From Phaeosaccion multiseriatum (lineage: Eukaryota > Protista > Ochrophyta, other classes): a stretch of DNA of 64,000 nucleotides. The stretch spans positions 4,526,001 through 4,590,000 of the forward strand of contig OZ218952.1 of the NCBI GenBank assembly GCA_965112735.1. Reading direction: 5' to 3'. Below the pieces are notes generated by a model. It saw only the letters and a program-made list of their open reading frames with translations, did not search any database and had not been told where the DNA came from. The position numbers were made by a program, and so were the translations under genes. Each line of letters starts with the position of its first letter. Position 1 is the first letter of the stretch. Of the stretch, positions 50,101 through 62,587 are shown piece after piece.

Positions 50101-53100
50101 CTACGAGTACTACATCAATGACCCCAAGAGGCTTGAGCTTAAGAGGGAGACGAGGACGGCAAGAAGGCGAGCGGGAGGAGGAAGAGGAGGAAGGCTCGGC
50201 TCCATCCTCTCGGGCTGTATCGGCCGCGCCACCGACATCTGCCAGTGCTGTACCAAGAAGCCGCGGGGGTACGCACCTCAGCCGATGAGGGACGCCGCGG
50301 AAGCAGCAGAGGTCCAGAAGCCAGCCACGGAAGTGTTCTTCCGCGAGAAGTACTTCCCCTTCCTCAATAGGGCCAAGTACATAATGCTGGCTGTGTTTGC
50401 TGCCATCTTTGTGCTCTACTGCGTGTGCACCTCCTTCCTCGTGCCCGACCCGGACGCTCCCACGCTCCTTCCGGACAGTGACCAATACATTCAATCCGTC
50501 GACAAGCTGCAGGAATACTTTGCCAACGCAGACGACATCCGAACCATCGTCCAAGTCCCCTTTGGACTCCTCGGTGTGGACAGGGGTGACTGCGATGGGA
50601 GCAAGTGTGATCCCACTCTCCTTCAGGATCTTGGTGCCCCGGTGTGGGACGAGGCGGCGTTTACGATGGAGGCGGTTGCCGATGTCAACGCTCAGCACTG
50701 GATGCTGGACTTCTGCGCCGCCCTTGCTTCGGACGCAGCACCAGAAAGTGAGTGAGGGACGGAGGGAGGGAGAGAAGGAGGGACGGGGGGAGAGAGGGAG
50801 CGCGTGAGTATGTTCGTGAGTGACTATGTGAGTGGAGAGAGTCTCACGTCGGCCCTCACAACTCTTTGTCTCTCGACTCTCTCTTTGTCTATTGGTTAGC
50901 TGCCCACGCACTCTTTCTTGCAGCCGCCAGTTGCTTGTTCCTCCGTCCTCAATTCTGTCACCCCCCTCCGCACCCCCTGTGGCACACACACACGCACAGC
51001 CAGTCACACACTGATCCTCTTGTCATGTCGACACCTCCTTCCCTTCCCTCCCCTTCTCTTCCCTTCCCCTCCTCTCCCTCCCCTCCCCTCCCCTCCCCTC
51101 CCTTCCCTTCCCCTTTCTGCCCTCCTCCCCCGTTCCCTCTCCAGATCTCCTCATCCAAGCGCCCTCTGACGCCGTGCCCGAGCCTGTCACGTGCCTCCAT
51201 ACGGGCTTCAAGACGTGGTGCGCAGCCAACTCCACCCGCTGCCCCCAAACGGACAGCACTCTGGCGGAGGAGGACTACATCATCGATGCTGACGCCTTTC
51301 CAGCTACGCTTCTCACCTATCTGGAGTCTGAGGTGGACCCTGGAGGCTCCTCACCCATCGGTTCAACTTATGCGGACGTCTATGTGGATAACATTCGGGT
51401 AAGATGGATGGTGTACCGCCAGGCCGGCTTGTTTGTCGTGCCGTGCCGTGCCTTGCGTTGCTTTGCCTTACATTGCCTCGTGCCCTGCTTGCCCTGCTGG
51501 CCCGGCTTGCCCGGCTTGCCCGGCTTGCCCTGCTTGCCCTGCTTGCCCTGCTTGCCCTGCTTGCCGTGCTTGCCCTGCTTGCCCTGCTTGCCCTACATAC
51601 GACGTCCGAGGGTGTGGGGGACGGGGGTGCGTTTGCTTCTGTCATTCCGTTCATTCCGTTTCTGTAGCTTTAGACATTGTCACACGAAAGTCATTCAGCA
51701 GCCGCAGCCACACGACAGCCATTCAGCAGCAGGCAGCCACATGGCGGCCTTGTGGTTGGTAGGTTGGCTTTGGCTGGTAGCGCTATGTCTACGTTGCGGA
51801 GCGAGTGCTGATTTCCCCCCATTCTCCTTGCTTCGTCTCGCTTTTCTCGAAACCACGACCCTCCCCTCCCGGGCACCCTGTGCTTGGTTGACCTGCCTCT
51901 CGCCTCTCGGCTGTCGCTTATCGCTTTTCGCTCTTTTACTTCTCTCCTTCCTTACCTCCTCCTCGCCCTGCTTCCTCTCTCCTACGATACGGTACCGTAA
52001 GGCGACAAGCGAGCTTGAGGTTCCCACACCTGAGAACCCTGCGACCCTGCGGTATATGGTGGTGGAGGTGCAACTTCAGACTGACTTTACGTACAACTTT
52101 GAGGATGGACAGGTCAGTCAGTCATTACCTGGTGTCAGTCAGTCAGGTCAGGCAGTGAGACAGACAGGCAGTCAGTCTGTCTGTCAGTCAGTCAGCCAGT
52201 CAATCAATCGATCAGGAAGGAAGGAAGGAAGGAAGGAAGGAAGGGAGGAAGGAAGGAAGGAAGGAAGGAAGGAAGGAAGGAAGGAAGGGAGGAAGGAGGA
52301 AGGAAGGAAGAAGGAAGGGAGGAAGGAAGGAACGAACCGAAGCAACGAAGCAACGCACGAGGGAAAGAAGGAGGGCAGTCAGTGAGTTCGTCAGTGAGGA
52401 AGTGAATCAGTCAGTGAGTCAGTCATTCAGTTCATCAGTCAGTCTATCAGCCAGCTAACCCTAAGCGCACGCACGCTCAGGATCTGTACAAAGCCTGGAA
52501 GGCCTACGTTGCGGAATGGGTGGATCGAGCAGCCACCGACACCGACGTGTACGGCACCGCCATCGGCCCGGTTTACGCATCTGGCTTCGTTGGCGACGAA
52601 TTGGCCTTCCACTACTTCTACTTGCAGGACAAGATCATCACCGAGGCGACCAACGGTATTCTCATCTCCCTCGCGGTGGCCTTTCTGATCATGTGTGTGG
52701 CCAACCATAATTGGATCATTTCCATGGTCGCGACGCTAACCATTGGGACCATGGTGCTCGGAGTGATGACCTTCACCGTGTTGGGGGGCTGGAAGTTGGG
52801 CATCATAGAGGCTGTGATCTACGTTATGGTGGTCGGCTTTTCAGGTGCGTGGCTTGCTTTTGCTGTCATATGTCGGTAGCATGCTGCTGGCCGCCGGCCG
52901 ATAGCACGTAGCAAGCCGCGCTGACGCCGGCTGGAAGCAGGTGGCACGTCAGGCGCCGATGAGTGGTCGGGTGTGGATCCGGGGATGGAGAGAGAGGGTC
53001 TGTACGGTGATGGTGGTGCGGTGCACTCAACGCTTCCTTTTGCGCTTTCCCTCGCTCTTCTTTCGCGCCGTACTGCTCACTCACTCACTCCCTTTACTCC

Positions 53101-54728
53101 TTCGTTTGGGCTGTGCTGTGCTTCGTCAATCAACGTCCACCTATCACATCCATCACGGCTGATGCACCAACACGACATACACAAACGGCATACACGTGCA
53201 TACAGTGGATTACACTGTCCACCTGTCGGACTCGTACCTCGAGAGCCCCGCCATGACTCGAGAGGACCGCACCAGAGATATGCTCGGCATGATGGGCTCG
53301 TCTGTGTTGAAGTGAGGGAGTTGCTGATACAGAGGGAGGGGGGAGAGGGAGGGAGGTTACCGAGCAGAGAGCGACGGCGACATGCCTAAGGAGGTGGAGG
53401 GCACAGCGCGGAGAGCCCTTGCTTGCAGTGCACCAATGGCGTGTGTTTTGTGCCAAGACGGCTTGAAAGGCAAAGCAACGCTTCCAGTTATGCTGCTGTC
53501 AGGGGGGGGGGTGAGGTGAAGGAACGTCTGTGGAAGTTGTTGCCTTAGCTACTGCTGCTCATAGTCCTCTCACTCTTCCCTCCTCTCCCCTGCCTTCTCC
53601 CCCCCCCTCCCTCCCCTCCGTTCTCCTCCCCTCTCATGCGAGTAGTGGTGCCGGATCAACCCTCCGGGCCGTGTTTCCTTTACTCTTCGCCTACACGGTG
53701 TTCTTCACCAAGTTTGGCAGTTTCCTCTTCTTCCTCATCTTCCAGTCGGTGGTGTTTTCACTCGTACCCTTCTCTGCCTACCTGGCCGCCTTTGGACCAG
53801 AGCAGCGATGGGGAGCAAAAGCAGCAGGCAAGAAGGTTAGTAGCACAAGTGAAGAGACGAGAGAGAGAAAGCGAGAGAGACAAGAGTAGTAACGAAGAAG
53901 CAAGGGAGAGAAGAACGCGGATGAGAACGAGACCGAAGTGTCCCGGGTCGCCCCTTCCTCGCCCACCTCTCCTGCCCCGCCGCCCCTGACTTGCTTACGC
54001 CGCTACCTCATGCCAATCCACGCGCCAAGCAGCGTGTACCACCCTCTTCACACCTAAACACTCACTTTTGCTTCCCTCCCTCTCTCTCTCTCTCTCTCTC
54101 CCTCTCTCTGTCTGTCTGTCTGTCCCCCCCTCGCTCCGTGTGCCCCTCTCTCTCACACACACTCACACACTGTTCAACACACACTCTGCAGGGCAAGCTT
54201 GTGCACGTGCGGCGGCCGAAGCCCTCCTCCGACGGCAACGACTTGGACGAAACGTCGATCCTTCACAACTCCTCCTCTGCCAGCCGTTTGAGGGACCGTA
54301 GCAGCAGCAGCAACGCTAAGGACAAGGAAAATGTCACTGCAGCCGTGTCCACACCCATGCACGTCGTCGGAGGTGAGGAGGAGGAGCAGAAAGTCGGTGG
54401 TAGGGATGCGGAGAAGACGCAGGGCCACAGCGGGAAGCCCCACTCCTCGACCTTCATTTCGCTGGCTCGTGTGATTGAGCCCGTGGCCGAGACTGACGGC
54501 AACAGCAAGCACGTGCGTGTTCAGCTGCTTCATCACAAAGAGCTGGAGAGGGGCGGGGAGACGGAGGGTTTGGGGACTGTCCTCACGGTGTCACGTGACG
54601 ACCTCCGGCTCGCACACAACCCCGGTACCATCACCTTTTTGGGGCCCCTGTGCAATTATTTGGCCTGCTGCTGCGCCAAGTGCAAGAACAATGCGGCCGT
54701 CGATGACCTGGCTGCTCCTTCGCAGTAG
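47106..54728 (+). CDS. Patched/Dispatched-family (RND, sterol-sensing domain) 12-TM transporter
   Basis: About 12 exons. ILLGVGADDVFLF, AMAVTSLTTMVAF, FGIFAAMLIFVNF; second half VMVVGFS|VDYTVHL, GSSVL..GAGSTL, FFTKFG..AAFGPE; two large luminal loops. Confidence 0.9.
49100..49330. repeat. (CTTC)n microsatellite, intronic
   Basis: Direct reading; the complementary (GAAG)n tract is in another intron at ~52215-52330. Confidence 0.9.
49820..49943. mobile_element. 124-bp TG...CA element (20-bp TIR, 5-bp TSD GATTG) containing a 92-bp perfect palindrome
   Basis: TGTTACGATATAAGGCATCC at 49820; its inverse ends at both 49911 and 49943. GATTG at 49815-49819 and 49944-49948. Confidence 0.88.
51482..51593. 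repeat. (GCCCTGCTT)n 9-bp minisatellite, intronic
   Basis: About 12 tandem copies read directly. Confidence 0.9.
52873..52959 (-). mobile_element. Solo inverted end E' related to E, in a Dispatched-like intron
   Basis: The reverse complement reads TCGGCGCCTGACGTGCCACCTGC (20/23 match to E), with TGCTAC motifs and GGCGGCCAGC. Confidence 0.65.
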
Positions 54729-54815
54729 GTAGCTACGGCCATCGGTGACGTGGATCCTCCTTCGCAGTAGGTAGGTAAAGGCCATCGATGACCTGGCTAC
54801 TCCTTCGCAGTAGGC
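54695..54815. repeat. Three tandem ~42-bp copies spanning the Dispatched-like stop codon
   Basis: GGCC(G/A)TCGATGACCTGGCTGCTCCTTCGCAGTAGG x3; two copies in the duplicate at ~46553-46630. Confidence 0.85.
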
Positions 54816-57157
54816 AGTGTGTCAAAGGGTTGCAAAGCAAGATGCGATGAACAGCGAGGAGTCTATCGACGCACCGCCCGAGGACACTCCACGCTTACTG
54901 GAGGCCTACCCGCAGAACCATCAGGACAAGCAGCTAGTCAGCGCAGTCCGAGCCTATCTGCGCAATGTTGCGTCACGACAGGCAGCCAGCCAAGGCCACA
55001 CCGATAACATAAGTTGGAAAGCGTCGCCGACTGCGGCGGAAATTTTTTTGCCGCCGCTAAACCGTAGAAAGCGAAAAAACCGTACAAAGGCCTCTGAGTG
55101 GCTGAGAGAGGGCCTTAGGTCGTGTACAGTGTACAGTAGCAGAGAAGAAAGAAAAAAAATTGAATTTCAGTTTTTTTTGGCAGGGGCGGGAACCTTTATT
55201 TTCAAGAGGGTACAGGCGTCTAACTAAACCAAACAACGCATTCTCCGCGCGCGCCTACGTGCCTTTGCATGGGGACGGGCTTTGTCACTTGGTCTCCTGT
55301 GCCTCTTTCCTCCCTGACAGACCACAGCGGAGGTGACTTGGTCTCCAGTCATAGCCTACAGGATGTTGAGGGGGTTGCACTAGCGCATGGCCGCGATACC
55401 ACCCCACCAAGAGTTTTGCCAAGTCTTCGGCTTGATTCGGTCGGTCCCGACATGGTAGCAGCAGCAGCCAGAGGTCCACAGGAGCTGAAGCCAGTCTTAG
55501 ACGGGGATAAAGGCGAGAAGAGTGCCGAGTCTTCTCCAAGCCGCCTCGCGCTTGGTGTGGTAAGAAGAAAGGTATTCTTGGCTGTCTCGCGCGCCGCAAT
55601 GTATCATCGCGTTCTCAGTTCACAGGAAGGAGGGGGGGGGCTCTGGGTGGGCTCCAGGACCGAAGGCATGCCGGGCTGGTACTAGATAGTAAAGAGACCT
55701 CCAAGGGACCAGGATGATGGGGTCGAGGAGTGTGAATGGGCGGGTCAGAGAGCAGAAGGGAAAGCAGGCAAAGGGGGAAGTTAAGGAGGGCACCTTCTCT
55801 GCGGGTCGAAGCAAGGGGATTTGGGCGCTTTGCTGTGGGCTCTTTGGACCTAATTTGGACTGATGCAAGCATAATAGAGGCCTACACACACTCATACTGC
55901 AAGGACACTCATGGGGGGGGTGTACAGGGCCGTCTACAGTTTGTTTTTGCCCCGACGGTTTCTTCCGCCCGCCCGCGGCCGATTTTTTTACCATATGTGC
56001 GGCGCTTTCCAACTTATTTTATCGGTGTGGCCCAAGAAGCAGCGCGACAATCGCACCATTTGTTCGGCCCGCGCTCCGGCGCACACCGTGCCCACGCGCA
56101 AGAGGACAAACCCCGGATAGACACTTTTGCTTCAGAGTCGGACTGTCGCTTGGAGGTTTGCTTTGGTTGTCCTGCCTGAGGGTTTCCGGTCACACATTCT
56201 GGGGTATAGTAAGAATGTCGGTTTCCTAGGCACGACCCGAGGGGGCTTGCTTCTCTTTCCCCCCTCTCCAGTAGTAGCGATACTGTAAATAAAACGTAAA
56301 ACGCCCCTCCATAGGCACAGCATGTAGATAGTCCAAACCCCTCAGAGAAAAAGAACTGTTTTGTGCAGTGTAGTGGTTGGGCAGTGGGTTAGTTGGACGG
56401 TTGCTTGCGGTACTTACCCACTCGACGAGATGAGGGCAAGCGGATTTGACGCAAGGACGCACTTGCTTGCCTTTCTTGAGGGGACAGGCGCACAGCCAAT
56501 ACCATCCAGCGCTCTGTCTCCCTCTCTGTACAGAGTACAATCAGTGTACGTCTTTTTATTTCATTTAACGTTGTCCACAGCAATCAAGAGATCGATTCTG
56601 AATGCTTCCTTTTTTGGTGCGTCAACTCGAACAAGCCCATGAGTCAGACCCCTGCGCCAACAACAAATTCATGTGCAGGTCGTGGTGAAAACTTTCACTT
56701 GCTGCCGCTGCAGGAGGTGCGAGTTGACACATTGCCGTCGTGGCACCATGGGGCTGTGCAGCGTCTTGCGCCCGCGGCTCATGCAGGGGGGACAGAAGCG
56801 TAAATAGAGCCTTCGTTGCCTCCCGTCCCTCGGAACATCGTCGCAAAGACGGGCGAGGCTAGCGATCAACGATAAGTTGACACCCCCCAACCCCCCCCCC
56901 CCAATCAATGGAGCCCGAGGCTCGACGGAGTGCACGCGCCTGAGCGATGGAGCGCACACACCTGGATGGAGGGTTGACATGCCAGTGCTCTTGAAAGTGC
57001 TTGCCTCTTCGCTTGAAAGGCTGAGGGCTGCCCCCAAGAAAGCAGGCAGGCCAGCATCCAATAGGTCACCCTATTTGCAGTTGTTGCGGTGTTGGCGAGG
57101 CCTTACTTTCTTCGTAAGAGTCAGCCTGCTTGTTCGTCAGAGCCGTGTATCACTTCA

Positions 57158-57988
57158 TCAGCCTCTGAAGGAGCTGTAGAAGCCGAGGATGGCCGACGCC
57201 GTGAAGAGCACCTCCAAGCACAGAAAGGCTAGCCCAATGGCACTTACTATGACGTCCATGCGCAACACATAGGTCTGCAGCGCGATGAAATAAGAGTACA
57301 CGACCACGTTCGGGATGCCGAGACCGAGGGCGAAGAGCAGAGGGTTGATCTGCTCCGTCTTGTTTCCCTTGGACGTCAGGAACAGCCGCATACAGTCCAG
57401 CAGCACGAAGAGTAGCAGCACCCTGTGCGGTAGGCAGGTAAGTAGATGGGAAGGAGGGAAACAGAAAGGTATGTGTGGGTAAAACTGGTGTGCGTGCGTG
57501 GCGGGCAGGGTGACGCTGAATCAGGTTCGGCCTTTCGAGGGCCGGAGGGAGATGAAGGGAGGGCAAGTCGTCCGCCTATTCTCGTTTGTAAAGTGGAGGA
57601 ACTGCGATTTCGGGGATGAGCATACCGGCCAGGGAGGATAGTAAGGCAGAGAATGGGAGTAGACCAGCATTCGAAGATCTTCACACCTCTCCATCTTGCA
57701 ATCACTTACGCTATTTCCATGCCCAGGGCCGTCTTTGGGTAGTAGTAGTTGATGCCTTTGTACGTATAGAGTGCGAGGTTAAGCACCACGAAGAAGATGT
57801 TGAACCATCCGTTGAAATACAGCAGTATCTTGACGGCGAGCGGAGGGCAGAGGGGAAGGGAGGGAGGAGAAATGAATTGTCTGCTCGTCCTCGCCCCCTT
57901 CTGTCCTGTTGCTGCTACTCTCAAAGTCCCTCCATACCTGCAGAGGCAGCGAGGAGAGAATGACTCTGTTCTCGTCACTGCGCATCAT
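57158..57988 (-). CDS. TMEM216: Ciliary transition-zone protein TMEM216 (TMEM17/216/80 family)
   Basis: Exons 57988-57938, 57828-57710, 57422-57158. LSSLPLQILLYFNGW, YKG..YYP, RLFLTSKGNKTE, LQTYVLR.D. Confidence 0.9.
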
Positions 57989-58612
57989 GGCTCTTGGCGA
58001 GCCTCACCGCCCCCCCCCGACTGACCCAATTGCTCACGCAGTCGTTCGTACTCTTGCTTGATCCATCAGAGAGTGGGGGCCCGTCGAGTGCACCGTTCTC
58101 TGGTAGAGTATAACCCTCCCCTCACTGCTCGGTGGCGCAGAGCCAGAGAGAAGAGGGCGGGAGAGCCAAGGCCCCGAACAGCCGAGGGGAGCTGTTTTGC
58201 TTGCCTCTCTGCTCACCCCCGGCTCCTCTTCAGCCCTGCTCTTCCCTCCGCTCCCCTCTCTCCCTCTTGTCGCGTCCCTCCTTCAGCCCTTGGGATAGTG
58301 GACGCTTACCCTCTCACAGATCTCGTTCTTCTTGAGCAGGTAGTGTGCAGGTAGTCGTAAGTCAACGGCGCCCCCGGTGGGACCTTTTCATTTCCCTTTC
58401 CCCCTCATGTTTTTTATTGCTTCCGCATCACCGTGTGAGAGCCTTGACGTGACGAGGTGGAGGACAAGTAGCACACCCAGAGCACCACAGTGCTTTCCCT
58501 GCTTGGCACTGAGAATGGCGTAGCAGCTTGTATGTGTTGAGGAAAGTGGAGACGAGAATTCCAGCATCAAATGTTCCTTGAAGAGCAGAGGGCACGAGAG
58601 GAGAGAACGAAG

Positions 58613-60173
58613 ATGATGGAGAGGATAGGCGTGCCACGGTGCGGGACACGGGAAGGGTAAGTGCCACCGCGCCAGGACGACACCAAGGAATTTGGCCCAG
58701 CACTTGTGGCCTCTTCACTTTCTCAATCTCTCTCTCTCTCTTTCTTGACGAACGGCCTCACTTCTCCTCACTTCTCCGCTTTTGTGTTGGTCCCCCTCTC
58801 CTCGCTGCTTCTCGTTCAGGGCCCAGTTCTGGCTTAACGTGGACTGTTGCGGCTTACTGTGCGCCGCGATTACCTACTGCTTACTGGTGTACTCCCAGTA
58901 CGTCATCACCACCTGCCTCGGACTCGGGCAGAGCTCTTGGGGCCGCTTCCACATCATGTGCTTCAACAGCCTCTCCCTGCTGTCATGCTACGTGCACTTC
59001 CGGACCATGGTAGGCGACCCAGGGGCTGTGCCCAAGAGTGCTGAGGGTGTTTCCAGGGCGGGCCTGGACGTCGAGGCGCAGGGAGGGGGCGACACAAGCA
59101 CAGAGGGCATCATCGCTGCGGAGGATCAGCCGCCGAAGCCGCGGATGTGCAAAAAGTGCCGAGCCTTCAAGCCAGTGAGGGCCCACCACTGCTCCATCTG
59201 CCAGAGGTGTATCGTTAAGATGGATGTAAGTGGATAAGGAAGGTTTCTGGACTCGCCCCTCTGAGCCCCACTGAGCGAACCGAGGGGGAGGGAATGATGT
59301 CAGCAGTGCTCTGCTTCGCTTCTGTTGACTATGCTCATGCGATGTGATGCACGGCTTGCTGTTGAACGACGTGGCGCTTACCTCGCCCCCCCTCCCTCCT
59401 TCCTCTTGCTCGTGTTTCCTGTCCCCTCTGCCTTTTGCCCCGCTCCCCCCTCCCAGCACCACTGCCCGTGGGTCAACAACTGCGTGGGGGTGGGAAACCA
59501 TAAGTTCTTCCTCCTCTTCATCATGTATGTATTTGTGCAGTGCGCATACGCCATAGCGTTGGTCGTGACACGCTTCCTCGTGTGTCTGAGGGGGAGGTTT
59601 AGGGACGACAACTGCATCGACCCGCAGCGGAACCTTCTCGTGGTCTTCTTGCTGGTGGAGTCGTTTCTATTCGGCCTCTTTACCATGTGTATGTTTATGG
59701 ATCAGTGGCAGGTTGTCACGTCCAACCAAACGCAGATTGACCGGCTGCAGGGGCTCCACTTCCCTGGGGTGGAGCACGTGAATGAGGTGTTTGGGGGCTC
59801 GTCAAAGAAGTTTCGGTTACGATGGCTCATACCAAACAAGGTGTACTTCGCCCCAAATCTTCGAGACGTCATACTGGGCTACCGGACGACTCTGCAGCGG
59901 GCGGGAGGGGGCAAGGGGGATGATGATGGAGGAGCAGGAGTAGGGGGGGTGGGGGGGGGAGGAGAATCCTCACGGTCTGGGGTTTGCCCGTCTATCCCCA
60001 AACTTAGTACGGACCCCGCCTCGGCGTTGTCGGGGGGGAGCGTGAGAGAGCGTAAGCCCCGCCTTGCCGCTGGAGTGGCGGGCCTTTTCGATGAGCAGCA
60101 GCAGAGCGGCATCCGTATGGCCGATTTGGGAGGGAAGCGGGCACTTCTCTCGGGGGGGCTCGGCGTGGTCTGA
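58613..60173 (+). CDS. DHHC palmitoyltransferase (ZDHHC3/7-like)
   Basis: Exons 58613-58656, 58820-59225, 59457-60173. DPGAVP, CKKCRAFKPVRAHHCSICQRCIVKMD|HHCPWVNNCVG..NHKFFLLF. Confidence 0.95.
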
Positions 60174-60611
60174 GGCACCACAATGAATATTCGTGTAAAA
60201 CTATTTGATTCACGGAAAAAGCAGCAATTCGATTCGGGAGATCAGAGCCGCACAGGAGGAGGAGGAGCGGCTTGGAATTATTCATGGAATTATTTTGTTT
60301 CACGGAAAGAAAAAAACGAGAAAAAAATTATGGCGTCTGAAGTCAACGAAAGTGGGACTCGACTTTTTTACTTTTATTCTCTCCTCCGTCTCTCTCTCTT
60401 CCTCCCTCCCTCCTCAACCCTCCGTGCTCAGGCTTTGCCACAACTCCTCATAGATTGTTCCTCTTTCTTTGCTTCATCCCCTGCAAGGTGGTGGTGAAGG
60501 ACTGTGCTTCCGTAGAGCTCACGGCTCTTCTCTTTTTTCTTTTTTTTCCCTTTCAAACTGCCTCAGAGCTAACAGCGGAAGAGCCGTCTTTCTCTCCCCC
60601 GCCGAGACACA

Positions 60612-62543
60612 ATGTTCTATTCACAGCTTATATTAGCCAAGAAAGGCCCGCTGGGCAAGATCTGGACCGCCGCGCACTGGGATAAGAAGCTGACGAGGAC
60701 GAACATCTTCCAGACCAACGTCGTCGTCTCGGTGGACTCCATCGTGAACCCAGCGGTACCGTTGGCGCTGCGCGTGTCGGGGCACTTGCTGCTGGGGCTG
60801 GTACGCATCTACTCGCGCAAGGTCAAGTACCTCATGACGGACTGCACCGAGGCACTGTCGAAAATCAAGATGGCCTTTCGGCCCGGAGTGGTGGACTTGC
60901 CCGCGGGGGCGTCCGAGGCGGCCTCCCACGCCATCAACGTGCAGAGCTTTGGGGAGTTCGACGTGAACATGGACAGCGGCGACCCTTTCGCGCTGGATAT
61001 GGAGGTGCTCCCTGAGGTTGACGATTGGATTGCAGCTGACTCCAGCACTGTGGCGCATCGGAGAGGCATTTCTCTGGCCGACCCAGACTCGTTTGGGGGC
61101 GAGGAGGGGGGCAGTCGGTGGACGGAGCTCGACGACGAGGGGGCAGCTGGAGCGGCAGGGAGGGAGAGCGACATTGAGAGCTTGCGTGATGGAGATCAGA
61201 GCAGGAGCAGGCTGGGGCGTCTCAGCTTCCTGTCTCAGTCTGCCGCGGGCGGGGTGGGGGACAGGAGCGGAGAGGAGCACGACGACTTGGGGCCCGGGGA
61301 CATGCCTGAGGACTTTGAGGACCAGCCGCGTAGCTACAGCGACATTGAGATTGCTCGGGATGGAGACGTGAGCAGGAGCACGGTGGGGCGCCTCAGCATT
61401 GGTGGTCCAGCGGGGGGAGGGGAAGGAGGGCAAACCAGCGGGCTGAGGATACTCGGGGGCGGTGAAGAGGATGAATTGGGCGTTGGCGAGGAGCCCAATG
61501 ACCTGTACGACGCGGATATGGACCTTCCCCAACCGGACTATGACGTTGGAGGCGACGTGATGGACTTTGGGCCGGTGGGGGGAGGACGACATGCAGAGGG
61601 TGAGGAGAAGGAGGAGGAGGAGGAGGACGACTTGGGTGCACCCATTCGAATGAGTATGGGGGAGATCGAGCTGCCGACGCCGGCCAAGACGGTGGACTCC
61701 ATGGGAGAGGAGCTGGACAACGCGGTGCAGCAGCTGCAGCAGGAGGAAGAGGCCGCTGCAGCAGCGTGCAAGGAGGCGAGGGGAAAGAAGGGCGCCAAAG
61801 GCGGCAAATGTGCACAAGCTGCCGCCAAGAGGAAGGTAAGCAGCAGCAAGAGGAGGAGGCTGCAGCTTGAAATGGATGAGCGTATCACTTTGGACCCACG
61901 GGTGCTGAGGCGGAACCTCGAGGACACGTCGGACATCCTGCGCGTGCCTCGGTTGGTGCGAGACGAGCCCGAGAAGGGCATCACAGGAGAGGAGATGCTC
62001 ATGGAGCCGCTCGTGCCCAACTTGGCGCCTCAGCTGCGCAATATGCTCATGTGGACTATGCAGATGGACGGCTTGACCTTCGATATGCCCAAGAGGAAGA
62101 GGCCGAGGGGGGGCAGTCCAAGGGGAGAGGAAGAGGAGGAGGAGGAAGAGAAGCAGCAGCGACGACAAGGGGGAGACGAGGAGGAGGGGGGGGAGGAGGG
62201 GAGGGGAGGAAGAGCCAGCCGGGGCGATTGGCGGGACGACCAGCAGCGACTTGAGGGGGAGGGGGAGCAGCACTGGAACCTTGAGGACGACATGTACCCG
62301 GCAGGCGAGGACGTGCTCCTGCCTGAGGAGGAGGAGCAGGAGGAGGTGGAGGAGGCGCGGAACGGGGGCAGGGGCAAGGACGAGGACGAGCGGGAGGAGC
62401 CCCAGTTGCCGGAGGAGGAGGGTGAGGAGGAGGAGCGACGCAGCGAGGAGGGCGGGAGGGACTGGGAGCTCAACCCGCCCACAGAGGGTATGGCCTTTGA
62501 TGACACCTTCGACCACCAGCCGGACGAGGAGCAGTACCACCAC

Positions 62544-62587
<44 letters not shown>

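Noticed and set aside
54817-55227. 136-aa ORF after the duplication boundary
   Set aside because: No recognisable domain and it decays into A/T-tract sequence; cannot be supported as a gene.
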